Origin: Thermoplasmata archaeon
Lineage (GTDB): Archaea > Thermoplasmatota > Thermoplasmata > Lutacidiplasmatales > UBA184
Assembly (NCBI GenBank): GCA_021802125.1
Contig: JAKAAX010000003.1
Location: 81,788-145,787 of the forward strand
Direction of reading: 5' to 3'
Length of the DNA stretch: 64,000 nt
Position numbers and translations under genes: made by a program. The notes beneath the pieces were generated by a model. The model was not told where the DNA came from. It did not search any database and saw only the letters and a program-made list of their open reading frames with translations. Positions 8,702 to 17,811 of the stretch are shown here, in pieces. Numbering within the stretch: the first letter of the stretch is position 1; each line of letters begins with the position of its first letter.

Positions 8702-9628
8702 CTATTCCTTGCTGCCTATAATGCGTCCCAGACGCCGGAACGCGTGGCGGAGCGTGACGTCGGTCACCTGCGCCACCCGGGCCACGTCGCTCTGGCGGCG
8801 CGGTTCGCCGCACTCGACGGACGCGAGGTACAACGCTGCCCCCGCGAGCCCGTTCGGAGAGACCCCGCAGGCGTCCGGATGGTCGCCGATCCCGTCCAGG
8901 ATGTTGAGGGCCTTGCCCAGGGTCTGGGAAGAGAGCTTCAGCTCGGTGGAGAACCGCCGGACGTAGGTCGCGAGCCCGACCGGGGGAAGGTCGAGGTTGA
9001 GACCGCGTCTCAGCGCCATGTAAGCCCGTCCGAACTCGGCCCGGGTGATGCTCGACGCCTCGGAGATCTCGCTCCAGGTGCGAGGCAGGGAATAGCGACG
9101 GCACGCGGCATAGACCGAGGCGGCGGCCGCGGCGGCGGCAGAGCGTCCGCGGAAGAGCCGGGCCTCGCCTCCCTTCGCGAGGACCAGCAGCGCGGCGTCC
9201 TGCACCAGCGGGGGCAGGCTCAGGCTCATCGACAGGCGACGGACGATCTCCTCGCCCTTCAGGCTCATCCCCGGACGGGCGTGGACCCGGGCGGAGCCTT
9301 CCCGCGCGCGGCGGCGCAGCAGACGGAACTCCCGCTGGGCGGCGGCGGGGAGACGGTTCCCCTGGGCGTCGCGGTTACCTGGGAAGACGGTGTCCGCGCG
9401 CTTCTTGGGGGAGAAGGGCGCCTGCGAGGGCCCGTGCCCCTGCGGCGTGTTGGCGAGGGTCCCGTCGCGGGTGAAGCTGGGGCCCATGTCGAGGACCGTC
9501 GCTTCGAGCACGAGTCCGCAGTGGGGGCAGACGAGCTCCCCCGTGCGTCCTTCGCGAACGGCGCGCGGATGTCCGCATCCCGGGCAGGTCCCCCCATTAG
9601 GGCCTGCAGAAGCGGTAGGGGCCGACAT
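8702..9628 (-). CDS. tfb: Transcription initiation factor IIB (TFB)
   Basis: N-terminal Zn ribbon CPGCG...CPHCG followed by two cyclin-like repeats. ATG at 9628. Confidence 0.88.
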   Translation of the reverse strand: MSAPTASAGPNGGTCPGCGHPRAVREGRTGELVCPHCGLVLEATVLDMGPSFTRDGTLANTPQGHGPSQAPFSPKKRADTVFPGNRDAQGNRLPAAAQREFRLLRRRAREGSARVHARPGMSLKGEEIVRRLSMSLSLPPLVQDAALLVLAKGGEARLFRGRSAAAAAAASVYAACRRYSLPRTWSEISEASSITRAEFGRAYMALRRGLNLDLPPVGLATYVRRFSTELKLSSQTLGKALNILDGIGDHPDACGVSPNGLAGAALYLASVECGEPRRQSDVARVAQVTDVTLRHAFRRLGRIIGSKE

Positions 9629-10086
9629 GGGGGATCGGGGCGCGAGCTCCTCGTTCGCCCTACCTCTGAACCGGCGATTCAGGTAGTTAGCTTTTGTTCC
9701 AGTATCGAAGGTGACGCATGCCACGGTGGGTCCGGGGGTTCCGAGGCCCCTGGAGCGGGGAAACCGTTCCCCTGGCAAGCACCGCAGACCGTGCCCTGGG
9801 GCGGTCCGGAGGAGAGGTTTCACCCCTGAGAAGGGGAGGGAAAGGGAGGGGAGCGGAGGGGCGGGGGGGGGCGGGCACTCCCTGGCTAGGGTCCAGTCGG
9901 CCCCCGTCGCCCGCTTGGGGATAGGATTTGGGAAGGGTTGGATCTCGTTGCAGGGGTACGAACGCGATCCCTTGGTGCCTTGCCAGGGTGGTGGCCGGCT
10001 CCCAGGGCGCTCTTGAGCGCGGCGATACGCACGGGGCCCGCTTTCCACCCGGGCGCGCGGGCAGGTAGTCCGCGCTCCTGGGGAGG

Positions 10087-11040
10087 CTACTCCCACTCGA
10101 TGGTGGCGGGGGGCTTGTCCGTCACGTCGTAGAGCACGCGCGTGACCTTGCCCGAGAGCTCCCGCGTGATCCGCTCGGAGATGCGGCGGAGGACCTCGGT
10201 GGGCACCGCGAGCGAGGTCGCCGTCATCGCATCGATGGACTCCACGATCCGGACCGAGACCGCGTCGCCGTACGTCCGCGCATCGCCGATCACCCCGACC
10301 GTGCGGACGGGGAGCAGGCTCGCGAAGTACTGCCACGGGCGCGGGATCTTCCCCTCGCTCACGGCACGCTCGACCTCCTCCTCGACGACGGCACACGCGA
10401 CGCGCGTGGTCTCCGTGCGCTCGGGAGTGACCTCTCCCACGACCCGGACGGCGAGGCCGGGGCCCGGGAAGGGCTGCCGCTCGGGCTGGGGCACGTTGAG
10501 GTGCCTGGCCAGCGCCCGAACCTCATCCTTGTAGAGGTCGCGCAGAGGCTCGACGACCTTCAGGTGCATGTCCGCGGGAAGGCCACCCACGTTGTGGTGC
10601 GTCTTGATCGTGTCCCTCAAGCTCCCGCCGCTCTCGATCCAGTCGGGCGCGATGGTCCCCTGCACGAGGTAGTCGGCCTGGAGCGCCTTCGCTTCCTCCT
10701 CGAAGACCCGGACGAAGGTCTCCCCGACGATTTTGCGCTTCCGTTCGGGGTCGGCGACCCCCTTGAGCGCGGAGAAGAACCGCGGGGCCGCCGGGACCAC
10801 CCGGTGCTTCACGCCGGCTCCGGAGAGGACCTCTTCGGTCCGCTCGATCTCCCCCTTGCGGAGCAACCCGTTGTCGACGAAGAGCGCGGTGGCCCGGTCG
10901 CCGATCGCCCGCGCCACGACGACCGCGGCGACGGTGCTGTCGATCCCGCCGGAGGCGGCCACGATGGCCCGCTTCGGCTCGGGGACCTGGGACCGGACCT
11001 TCGGGACGGCCTCCTCGAGGAATCTCTTCGGGTCCTTCAC
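10087..11040 (-). CDS. guaA: GMP synthase (glutamine-hydrolysing) subunit B, ATP-pyrophosphatase
   Basis: PP-loop SGGIDST and C-terminal KPPATIEWE. The GTG start at 11040 gives the canonical N-terminus VKDPKRFLEEAV. Confidence 0.9.
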   Translation of the reverse strand: MKDPKRFLEEAVPKVRSQVPEPKRAIVAASGGIDSTVAAVVVARAIGDRATALFVDNGLLRKGEIERTEEVLSGAGVKHRVVPAAPRFFSALKGVADPERKRKIVGETFVRVFEEEAKALQADYLVQGTIAPDWIESGGSLRDTIKTHHNVGGLPADMHLKVVEPLRDLYKDEVRALARHLNVPQPERQPFPGPGLAVRVVGEVTPERTETTRVACAVVEEEVERAVSEGKIPRPWQYFASLLPVRTVGVIGDARTYGDAVSVRIVESIDAMTATSLAVPTEVLRRISERITRELSGKVTRVLYDVTDKPPATIEWE

Positions 11041-11127
11041 GCGTCGCCCCAGGGGCGTAGACCCATAAACGTGCGGGAGCGGCGCCCTCGCCTTTTTGGG
11101 GTCGGGGCCCCGTGCGCCCCGCAGTAG

Positions 11128-11505
11128 GTGTTCATGGCGCCCAAGCTGAGGCCGACGAGCGTGGCCGTGGTGGTGAAGGACCGGAAGAAGGCGTTGAAAT
11201 GGTACACGCGCGCGCTCGAGCTCAAGGTGCTCGAGGACCACGGGCACTGGGTGGTGGTGGGGTCGAAGCGCTCGGGGATGGCGCTCCACCTCTGCCAGCC
11301 GTCGGACTACGATCCGAACGCCAAGCTCGAGAAGGGCAACACGGGGATCATGTTCCGGACCGGTCGGGGCATGACGCGGACCTACGAGCGGATGAAGAAG
11401 AACGGCGTGAAGTTCACCCACCCCCCCGAGAAGGTCGAGTGGGGCTGGTACTGCACCTTCCAGGACCCCGACGGCAACGAGTTCTGGCTCACCCCTGAGG
11501 AGTGA
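11128..11505 (+). CDS. VOC / glyoxalase-bleomycin-resistance family protein
   Basis: 125 aa with a typical ending of ...FQDPDGNEFWL. An alternative ATG lies at 11134. Confidence 0.7.
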   Translation: MFMAPKLRPTSVAVVVKDRKKALKWYTRALELKVLEDHGHWVVVGSKRSGMALHLCQPSDYDPNAKLEKGNTGIMFRTGRGMTRTYERMKKNGVKFTHPPEKVEWGWYCTFQDPDGNEFWLTPEE

Positions 11506-12257
11506 GGTCCCGCCGACCGGGCTCGAACGTGGGAGAGGAGACGGAGACGACCCCGGGGCCGCCTCCCGGGCCAGGCGAGGGGGCCTCCCCCTCCTCGCAC
11601 CCTCACTCCCCCCCGCACCCCCACCCGAACCCCCACGCCCGTCGCGACGCGTTCCTTCGCCGGGGACTGAAGTTCGCGGGGCTGCTCATCCTCGTCTACT
11701 ACCTCCTGCCGAAGAAGGTCTTCGGGGTCCCGGTCTACTGGGCCATCCCCCTGGGGGCGGCGATCGTCCTGGTGGTGGAGGTCGCGCGCGTCACGGGGGT
11801 GCTCCCCATCCCCGCCCTCCGGGCCTACGAGCACCACAGACCGGCCGGGTACGTGTACTGGGGCGCCGCGCTCGCGCTGCTCGTCGCGTTCTTCCCGGAA
11901 TCGTTCGCGGTGAGCGCCCTCATCGCGGCCTCCGTGGCGGACGTCATCGCGGGGGAGCTCCGTCGCGGGTGGAAGATGTCGGGGGGAAGGAGCCGGGCGA
12001 TCGGCGCCTTCGTCCCGTTCACCGCCGTCGCCGGCGCGCTCCTCTTCTGGCTCTCCCCGGAGGGAGCGGTCCTCAGCCTGCTGCTGGGCGCGACGGGCGC
12101 GGTCCTCGCCTCCGCCGTGGAAGGGAGGGTCATGGGATGGCTCGACGACGACCTCTTGATGCCCATCCTCCCGGCCCTGCTCTGGATCGGGCTCGTCGCG
12201 GTCCTCCCGGGGGCCACGCCTCTCGGTTTCCACCTGCCCTGGATGAGCCGGGGCTGA
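11502..12257 (+). CDS. Polytopic membrane protein (dolichol/phytol-kinase-like, tentative)
   Basis: Multiple hydrophobic helices. GTGA overlap with the previous gene. The first 45 or so codons fall in a C-rich low-complexity tract, so the true start may be later. Confidence 0.45.
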   Translation: MRSRRPGSNVGEETETTPGPPPGPGEGASPSSHPHSPPHPHPNPHARRDAFLRRGLKFAGLLILVYYLLPKKVFGVPVYWAIPLGAAIVLVVEVARVTGVLPIPALRAYEHHRPAGYVYWGAALALLVAFFPESFAVSALIAASVADVIAGELRRGWKMSGGRSRAIGAFVPFTAVAGALLFWLSPEGAVLSLLLGATGAVLASAVEGRVMGWLDDDLLMPILPALLWIGLVAVLPGATPLGFHLPWMSRG

Positions 12258-12382
12258 CCCACGGCGACCGCGAGCTACGCTACCAAGGGCCGGTCCCGTC
12301 GTGGGACCTTCGGGCCCGGGGGGCGGGGAGACCCTTCAGGGGTCCCCCCTCGTTCGGCCTCGGGGGCCCGTCCCCGTGCACT

Positions 12383-13948
12383 TCAGACGATCGGTGTCAG
12401 CCGAGCGTGCGGCGGGCCCTTCTCCGTGTCCACGCTCATGGCGTAGACCATCGTCCTCGGACGGATCCCGTAGACGCACGGGCTGTTGTCGATGTTGACG
12501 ATGCGGAAGTACGTGTCCATCATGTTGATCATCTCGGAGGTGACCAGGAGCCCCGGCTTCAGCAGCCCGATGCCCAGGTCGCCCATGATCTTCGTCCGCT
12601 CGACGCCCATGAACAGGCTCTTGATCGCGAGCTGGTCGCCCTGGAGGTACTCCAGGGTGTCGAACCCGGTGTACTCGATGAAGGGCTTGCCCTCGCCACC
12701 GCGCACGGCGCGCTCGGCGCCCTGCAGGGTCCTCTGGGCCTCCTCGCGGCCGGCCCGGAGCATCGGCAGGATGTAGGGGGCCTTGGCCTCCGTCGCGAAG
12801 TAGTCCGTGATCCGCACCCGGTCGTCGAACGTCTGGGTGGGGATGTGCTGCGTGAGCAGCTCCCGGAGCTTCTCGGGGGACTCTCCTCCAGAGAGGACGC
12901 CCAGGATCCCGCCGCCTCGGGCGAGGAAGTTCATGAACGTCGGGGCGAAGAGCAGGTAGTAGTCGTCGATCGAGACCTGGACGTCGATCTCGAACCCGTT
13001 GTAGGACCCGCGCTTGTACCCTCCTCCGAGGAGAGCGTCGAAGTCGGGGATACCGGTGGAGAAGTGCCGCTCCGTGTCCGGGATCGCCTTCCAGGGCTTG
13101 GGGGCGGCCGGTCCGGTCTCGGGGCGGGGGGCGATGCCCAGCGCCTCGAAGCGGCCTCCGGCGAGGGTGACCGCGTAGCGGGGGCGAGGGATGGCCGTCG
13201 CCCGGAGCTTGTCCAGGCGCATGTGGCGGACGCGCCGCTCGTCGAGCTCCTCCCGGGAGAAGGAGATGAGCCCGTCCACCAGGTACTCGATCCCGCCCGC
13301 TTCGGGCTTCTCGAGGATCATGACCACGTTGGTGTTCGAGTTCTCGACCAGGTCCTTCTGCAGGCACATGACGAGCTCTTCCATCTCGAGCCCGTACTTG
13401 TGCGTCACACCTTCGAGAGAGTCGACGACGAGGAGCGCCTTCTCCGGGAGCACGCGCTCGACACGGTCGTACATGTGCTCGAGCTCGGGCATCCGGGTGC
13501 GCTGGAGCAGCGACTGGAGCTGCCCGCGGTCGACCTTGGTCGGAGCGCCCCGCTCCTCCCCCACGGCGCGGAGGAAGTCGCGGGCCTGCTGGAGCTTCTG
13601 CTTGACCTCGGCGGAGGGCTCGGGAGCGGTCTCCTTGTCCCGGCCGACCAGCGTCTCCAAGAAGATCTTCCCCGCATCGAAGACGCGGGTGCGCATCTCG
13701 GTGGTCTTGAGCCAGGGGAACTGTCGGTAGAGCGCCTCGTCGGAGACGCGCGTGGAGAGGTAGAAGCTCTGGCCAGGACGGCCGGCCTTCTCGAGCAGCT
13801 CGAGCCCGAAGGTGGTCTTACCGGTACCGGCCCCACCTTTGACGATGAGGCTGCGGCCCCCCTTACCACTCAAGAACGTGACAACTTCTGGCGGAATCCC
13901 GGCGCGCTGACGGGTCCCTGCGTCCAAAGTACTCTCCCCCGGAGACAA
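12383..13948 (-). CDS. KaiC/GvpD-like double RecA-fold P-loop ATPase
   Basis: N-terminal Walker A GGAGTGKT and Walker-B-like LLVVDSLE. The second RecA-like half has no P-loop. TTG start. Confidence 0.65.
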   Translation of the reverse strand: MSPGESTLDAGTRQRAGIPPEVVTFLSGKGGRSLIVKGGAGTGKTTFGLELLEKAGRPGQSFYLSTRVSDEALYRQFPWLKTTEMRTRVFDAGKIFLETLVGRDKETAPEPSAEVKQKLQQARDFLRAVGEERGAPTKVDRGQLQSLLQRTRMPELEHMYDRVERVLPEKALLVVDSLEGVTHKYGLEMEELVMCLQKDLVENSNTNVVMILEKPEAGGIEYLVDGLISFSREELDERRVRHMRLDKLRATAIPRPRYAVTLAGGRFEALGIAPRPETGPAAPKPWKAIPDTERHFSTGIPDFDALLGGGYKRGSYNGFEIDVQVSIDDYYLLFAPTFMNFLARGGGILGVLSGGESPEKLRELLTQHIPTQTFDDRVRITDYFATEAKAPYILPMLRAGREEAQRTLQGAERAVRGGEGKPFIEYTGFDTLEYLQGDQLAIKSLFMGVERTKIMGDLGIGLLKPGLLVTSEMINMMDTYFRIVNIDNSPCVYGIRPRTMVYAMSVDTEKGPPHARLTPIV

Positions 13949-13968
13949 AGGTTGGGAGTGAACGCCGC

Positions 13969-13977
13969 ATATATATT
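13969..13977 (-). promoter_or_regulatory. TATA box (ATATATAT) about 25 nt upstream of the KaiC/GvpD-like gene
   Basis: Pure A/T nonamer in a very GC-rich context. The spacing fits a leaderless or short-leader transcript. Confidence 0.45.
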
Positions 13978-14007
13978 CGCTGAGGCGGGGCTCCGGAGAG
14001 CCCGGAC

Positions 14008-16617
14008 TCAGCTACCGGAGCCCTGCGCGAGCTGCCTGGCCGCCGCGAGCGCGGCGTCCAGGGCGCCCTGGACCGCCGGGCCCTTCGGTCCGGAGGCCGT
14101 TGCCGCGGAGGGGTTCCCCCCACCCTTTCCGCCCCAGGCCTTGAGGGCGGGCGCGAGCAGGTCCCGTGCGGAAAGTTCCTTCGGGCTCGCGGAGGCGAAG
14201 AAGAGCACGGCCCCCTTCTCGTCCTCGCCGCAGAGGAGCGCGACCCCACCGGGGTGGGACGTGATCTCTCTCGCGAGCGCCTGCAGACCCTCGCGGTCCA
14301 GGTCGGTGGTGCCCACCACGATCCGATAGCGACCGCCGGAGAGGGGGTGGGCGGCGGTCGGGGAGTTCCAGAGCCCTTCCGCGATCCCGCGGACGTCGGC
14401 CTTCGCGGCCGCGCGCGCCTCCTTGTGCCCTTCCTTCAGGCGCTCCTGGAGATGGTCCACCGCACGCGGGACCTCCTCGAAGGGGACCGCGAGCTTCTGC
14501 GAGGTCTCCGCGAGGATCGCGTCGTGCTGCTGCATGAGCTCCAGCGCGCGCTCTCCGGCGGCGAAGTTCAACCGGACCATGCCGTCCTGGATGCGCTCGG
14601 TGGAGAGGACCTTGACGAACCCGACCTCGGAGGTGTGCGTGCAGTGGGTCCCTCCGCAGGCCTCGACGTCGAAGTCGGGGATCTCGATGATGCGCAGCTC
14701 CTTTCCCGGGACGGCCCCGCCCTGGTAGAGCCCGAAGCCGAACTTCTCCTCCGCCTTCGGCCGGGGCTCGAAGTAGCTCTTGACGGGGCGGTCCTCCCGG
14801 ACGATCTGGTTCACGAGGCGTTCGGCCGCGCGAACCTCCTCCGGACGCAGGGCCTGCCAGTGGGTGATGTCCAGACGGGCCCCTTCGAGGCCCTTGTAGG
14901 CGCCCGCCTGCCAGACGTGGGGCCCGAGGATCTGCCGCAGCGCCCCGTTCAGCAGGTGCGTCGCGGTGTGGTGCTGCATGAGCTGCCGGCGGCGGTCCGA
15001 GTCGATCTTCCCCTCGCTGGCCTGGCCGACCTCGGGGAGGGGGGACTCGGGGGTCGAGAGCCGGTGGAGGACCCAGGGGCCGTGCCGGACGACCTCTTCC
15101 ACGGGGACGCCCGCGAGATGGCCGCGGTCGGTGATCTGCCCGCCGCCCGTGGGATAGAAGTACGTCTGGTCGAGGATGACCCAGGGCCCCGACCGCCAGA
15201 GGACCTTCCCGGTGAACGTGTGCGTGTAGGGGTCGCGGTGGTAGTGGACCACGGTCCCCGGCAGGTTCGAGGGCGGCTCCGGGACCCGGGTCTCGGCCGC
15301 GGCGTCCGCTCCGTACCCTCCCCACCCGGCGGCCGCCGTCGCGTCCCTCGTGTGGAGCTCCGCCACCTTCGCGAAGAAATCGGGGGGCACCTCCACGCGG
15401 TGGGAGAGCTCCTCGACGGCGACGTCGGGGGTGACCCCGAGCGAGTCGTACACCATGACCAGGTCGTCCACGCCGGGGGCCCGCCCCTCCTTCTTCAGCC
15501 GCTCCTCGAGCTTCCGGATCTGGCTGCGCCCTCGGGTGATCGCCTCAGAGAAGCGCTCCTCCTCGATGCGGAGGACCTGTTCCAGCCCCTTCGGGTCTCC
15601 CGCGAGCTCGGGGAAGTCCTTGGAGACGTGGCGCAGGACCACGTCCATGAGCTTCGGGAGCGCGAGGGCTCCCGGGTGCTTCTCGAGCGTCCGGAGCATC
15701 CGCCGCAGGAGGAGACGGGCGAGGTACCCCTCCTTGACGTTGGAGGGGACGATGCCGTCGGTGAACAGGAAGAGGAAGTTCTTCGCGTGGTCCGCGAGGA
15801 CGGCGGCCTCGGGAAGCGAGAAGTCGGAGGGGAGGTCCTTCAGGATCCCGGGGAAGACCGCCTCGTAGATCGTGGGGGTCCCCTGGGACATGTGGGTGAA
15901 CCGCTCGAGCCCGTAGCCGGTGTCGACCACCCGCAGCGGCATGGGCCGCAGCTTGTCGCCGTCGCGGACGTACTGCATGAAGACGAGCGTCGCGATCTCG
16001 AGGCCGCGCAGACCCACGGAGACCGAGGGGCCGAGGTTCCCGCCGCCCTCCCACGCCTCCTCCTTGTAGGAGACCTCGCCGGGCGTGGCCCCGAGCTCGC
16101 TCGTCACGAGCTCGTGGCAGAGCTCGATGCAGCGGTCCTTCCAGTAGACCTCGTGCTCGGAGGAGTTGAACGCGTGGTGGGCCATCATCTCGAACATCGT
16201 GAGGTGGCGCCCGGTGACCCCCACGTTCTCGATGTCGGTGAAGCGCATGCAGGGCTGGGAGATCGTGAGCGGGTTCGCCGGCGGGGGGATGGCCCCCGAG
16301 GTCACCCACGGCTGAAAGTCGTAGATCGAGGCCTGGACGAACATCACGTCGTTCCGCCAGCGGGGGACGACGGGGTACCTCCGAAGGCGGGTGTGCCCGT
16401 GCTTCTCGAAGTAGGAGAGGTAGAGCTCCCGGAAGGAGGAGAGGTCGTAGGAGCGTTTGAACGGGGAGTTGTTCTGGAAGGAGTACGGGGTGCAGGGGGT
16501 CTCCGAGCAGACCTCCTGCTCGCCCTGTGACCAGAACGCCTCCCCGCACTTCTTGCAGGCCCGGCGGCGGAAGCCGGCCTTCGAGAAGTAGGGGTTCTCG
16601 TACTCTCGGGGCTCCAT
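14008..16617 (-). CDS. alaS: Alanine--tRNA ligase (archaeal type)
   Basis: 869 aa. N-terminal Zn motif CKKCGEAFW, an HxxxH editing-domain region, and a DHHA1-like C-terminus. Confidence 0.93.
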   Translation of the reverse strand: MEPREYENPYFSKAGFRRRACKKCGEAFWSQGEQEVCSETPCTPYSFQNNSPFKRSYDLSSFRELYLSYFEKHGHTRLRRYPVVPRWRNDVMFVQASIYDFQPWVTSGAIPPPANPLTISQPCMRFTDIENVGVTGRHLTMFEMMAHHAFNSSEHEVYWKDRCIELCHELVTSELGATPGEVSYKEEAWEGGGNLGPSVSVGLRGLEIATLVFMQYVRDGDKLRPMPLRVVDTGYGLERFTHMSQGTPTIYEAVFPGILKDLPSDFSLPEAAVLADHAKNFLFLFTDGIVPSNVKEGYLARLLLRRMLRTLEKHPGALALPKLMDVVLRHVSKDFPELAGDPKGLEQVLRIEEERFSEAITRGRSQIRKLEERLKKEGRAPGVDDLVMVYDSLGVTPDVAVEELSHRVEVPPDFFAKVAELHTRDATAAAGWGGYGADAAAETRVPEPPSNLPGTVVHYHRDPYTHTFTGKVLWRSGPWVILDQTYFYPTGGGQITDRGHLAGVPVEEVVRHGPWVLHRLSTPESPLPEVGQASEGKIDSDRRRQLMQHHTATHLLNGALRQILGPHVWQAGAYKGLEGARLDITHWQALRPEEVRAAERLVNQIVREDRPVKSYFEPRPKAEEKFGFGLYQGGAVPGKELRIIEIPDFDVEACGGTHCTHTSEVGFVKVLSTERIQDGMVRLNFAAGERALELMQQHDAILAETSQKLAVPFEEVPRAVDHLQERLKEGHKEARAAAKADVRGIAEGLWNSPTAAHPLSGGRYRIVVGTTDLDREGLQALAREITSHPGGVALLCGEDEKGAVLFFASASPKELSARDLLAPALKAWGGKGGGNPSAATASGPKGPAVQGALDAALAAARQLAQGSGS

Positions 16618-16739
16618 GGACGCGGGCGGCTACGTCGGGAGAGAGAAAAGCCCTCGCAGCCCCTGCCTTCGCGCGTCACGCGACCCTCCGAAGGGTTTAA
16701 GGCACCGTTCGCGCGGTCGCCCTTCCGGGGACGACCACC

Positions 16740-16955
16740 ATGAGGACCTACGTCAAGTTCTACTTCAGCAGCGAGGGCGCCGGACCGCTCGACCTTGTCG
16801 ACCAGATGCGCAACATCGGCTTCCGCGCGGAGGTCGGCGACTACGACTTCTCCGTCGAGTGGCACACCCCCGAGCAGTACGGGAACACGGTGCGCAAGAT
16901 GCACAGCCTGCTGGCAGGCTCGCGCGTCCGCTACACCCTGATGACCAAGAACTGA
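16740..16955 (+). CDS. Small hypothetical protein (71 aa)
   Basis: ATG ORF with balanced composition. A GTTTAAGG AT-rich element lies about 43 nt upstream. Confidence 0.5.
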   Translation: MRTYVKFYFSSEGAGPLDLVDQMRNIGFRAEVGDYDFSVEWHTPEQYGNTVRKMHSLLAGSRVRYTLMTKN

Positions 16956-17013
16956 GGGTCCCCGCGGCCTCCAGCCCCCCGCCGCCCCGCCCCTCCCTCG
17001 GCGCGCCTTCGGG

Positions 17014-17811
17014 CTACGGCAGGGGCGCTCCCTTCGGTCGTGTCCGGGGCCGCCCGCTCGGGGCGCTTCCGCGCTTCTTCTCTCCCCGGCCCGGCCCTTC
17101 CCCCCCGCTCCGCCCGGTCTCGCAGAGATCGACGATGGGGCAGCGGGAGCACTGGGGGCCTATGGGCCGGCAGACGTTCTGCCCATGCTGGACGAGGAGC
17201 GGGTTCACCGGGACCCAGAGGTCCATCGGGATGACCCGCATGAGCGCCTCCTCCGTCTCCTCGGGCGTCCGGGTCCTCACGGCGCCCAGCCGGTTCGCGA
17301 TCCGGTGCACGTGGGTGTCCACCGGCACGGCCGGGATCCCGTACCCGAAGACGAGGGTGCAGTTCGCGGTCTTCCGTCCGACCATCGGCAGCGAGAGGAG
17401 CTCCTCCATCGAGGTCGGGACCTTCCCCCCGAAGCGGTCGCGGACCTCGCGGGCGCAGTCCCGGACGCCCTTCGCCTTGGTGGCGTAGAACCCCACGGGC
17501 CGGATGAGGCGGAGGACCTTCGGGACGGGCGCTTGGGCCAGCGCCTCGGGGGTCGGGAACTCCCGGAAGAGCCGCTCGGAGGCCACGTCCGTGGTCTCGT
17601 CGCGGGTGCGCTGGGAGAGGATGGTCCCGATCAGGACCTGGAAGGGGGTCTCGGCATGCGCTCGGAGGTAGGGGACGCGCCAGTCCCCTCCATCCTTGTA
17701 GAAGTGGCGCAGCGTCGTGAGGAGCTGCTCCCAGGGGACCTCGATGGGCGCGGGCTTGCGGCGCCCTCGCCGCGTCGCGGAGGTCTGCGGTCGGCGCTTC
17801 CCCGCGCTCAA
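17014..17811 (-). CDS. nth: Endonuclease III (HhH-GPD DNA glycosylase, FeS cluster)
   Basis: HhH-GPD core LPMVGRKTANC...VDTHVHR and FeS loop C..PQCSRCP...C. The proposed TTG start overlaps the folC stop (TTGA), so the start is uncertain. Confidence 0.8.
   Translation of the reverse strand: MSAGKRRPQTSATRRGRRKPAPIEVPWEQLLTTLRHFYKDGGDWRVPYLRAHAETPFQVLIGTILSQRTRDETTDVASERLFREFPTPEALAQAPVPKVLRLIRPVGFYATKAKGVRDCAREVRDRFGGKVPTSMEELLSLPMVGRKTANCTLVFGYGIPAVPVDTHVHRIANRLGAVRTRTPEETEEALMRVIPMDLWVPVNPLLVQHGQNVCRPIGPQCSRCPIVDLCETGRSGGEGPGRGEKKRGSAPSGRPRTRPKGAPLP

Noticed and set aside
9629-10086. Possible SRP (7S) RNA or RNase P RNA in the long spacer
   Set aside because: Only loose resemblances were found: GGTCCGGAGGAGAGG vs the helix-8 GGUCCGGAAGGAAGC type, and GGTGGAAAGCGGGCC vs the CR-I GGAAAGUCC. 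No GNAR helix-8 loop, no P4 partner and no terminal pairing were convincing. It is kept only as an unexplained spacer.
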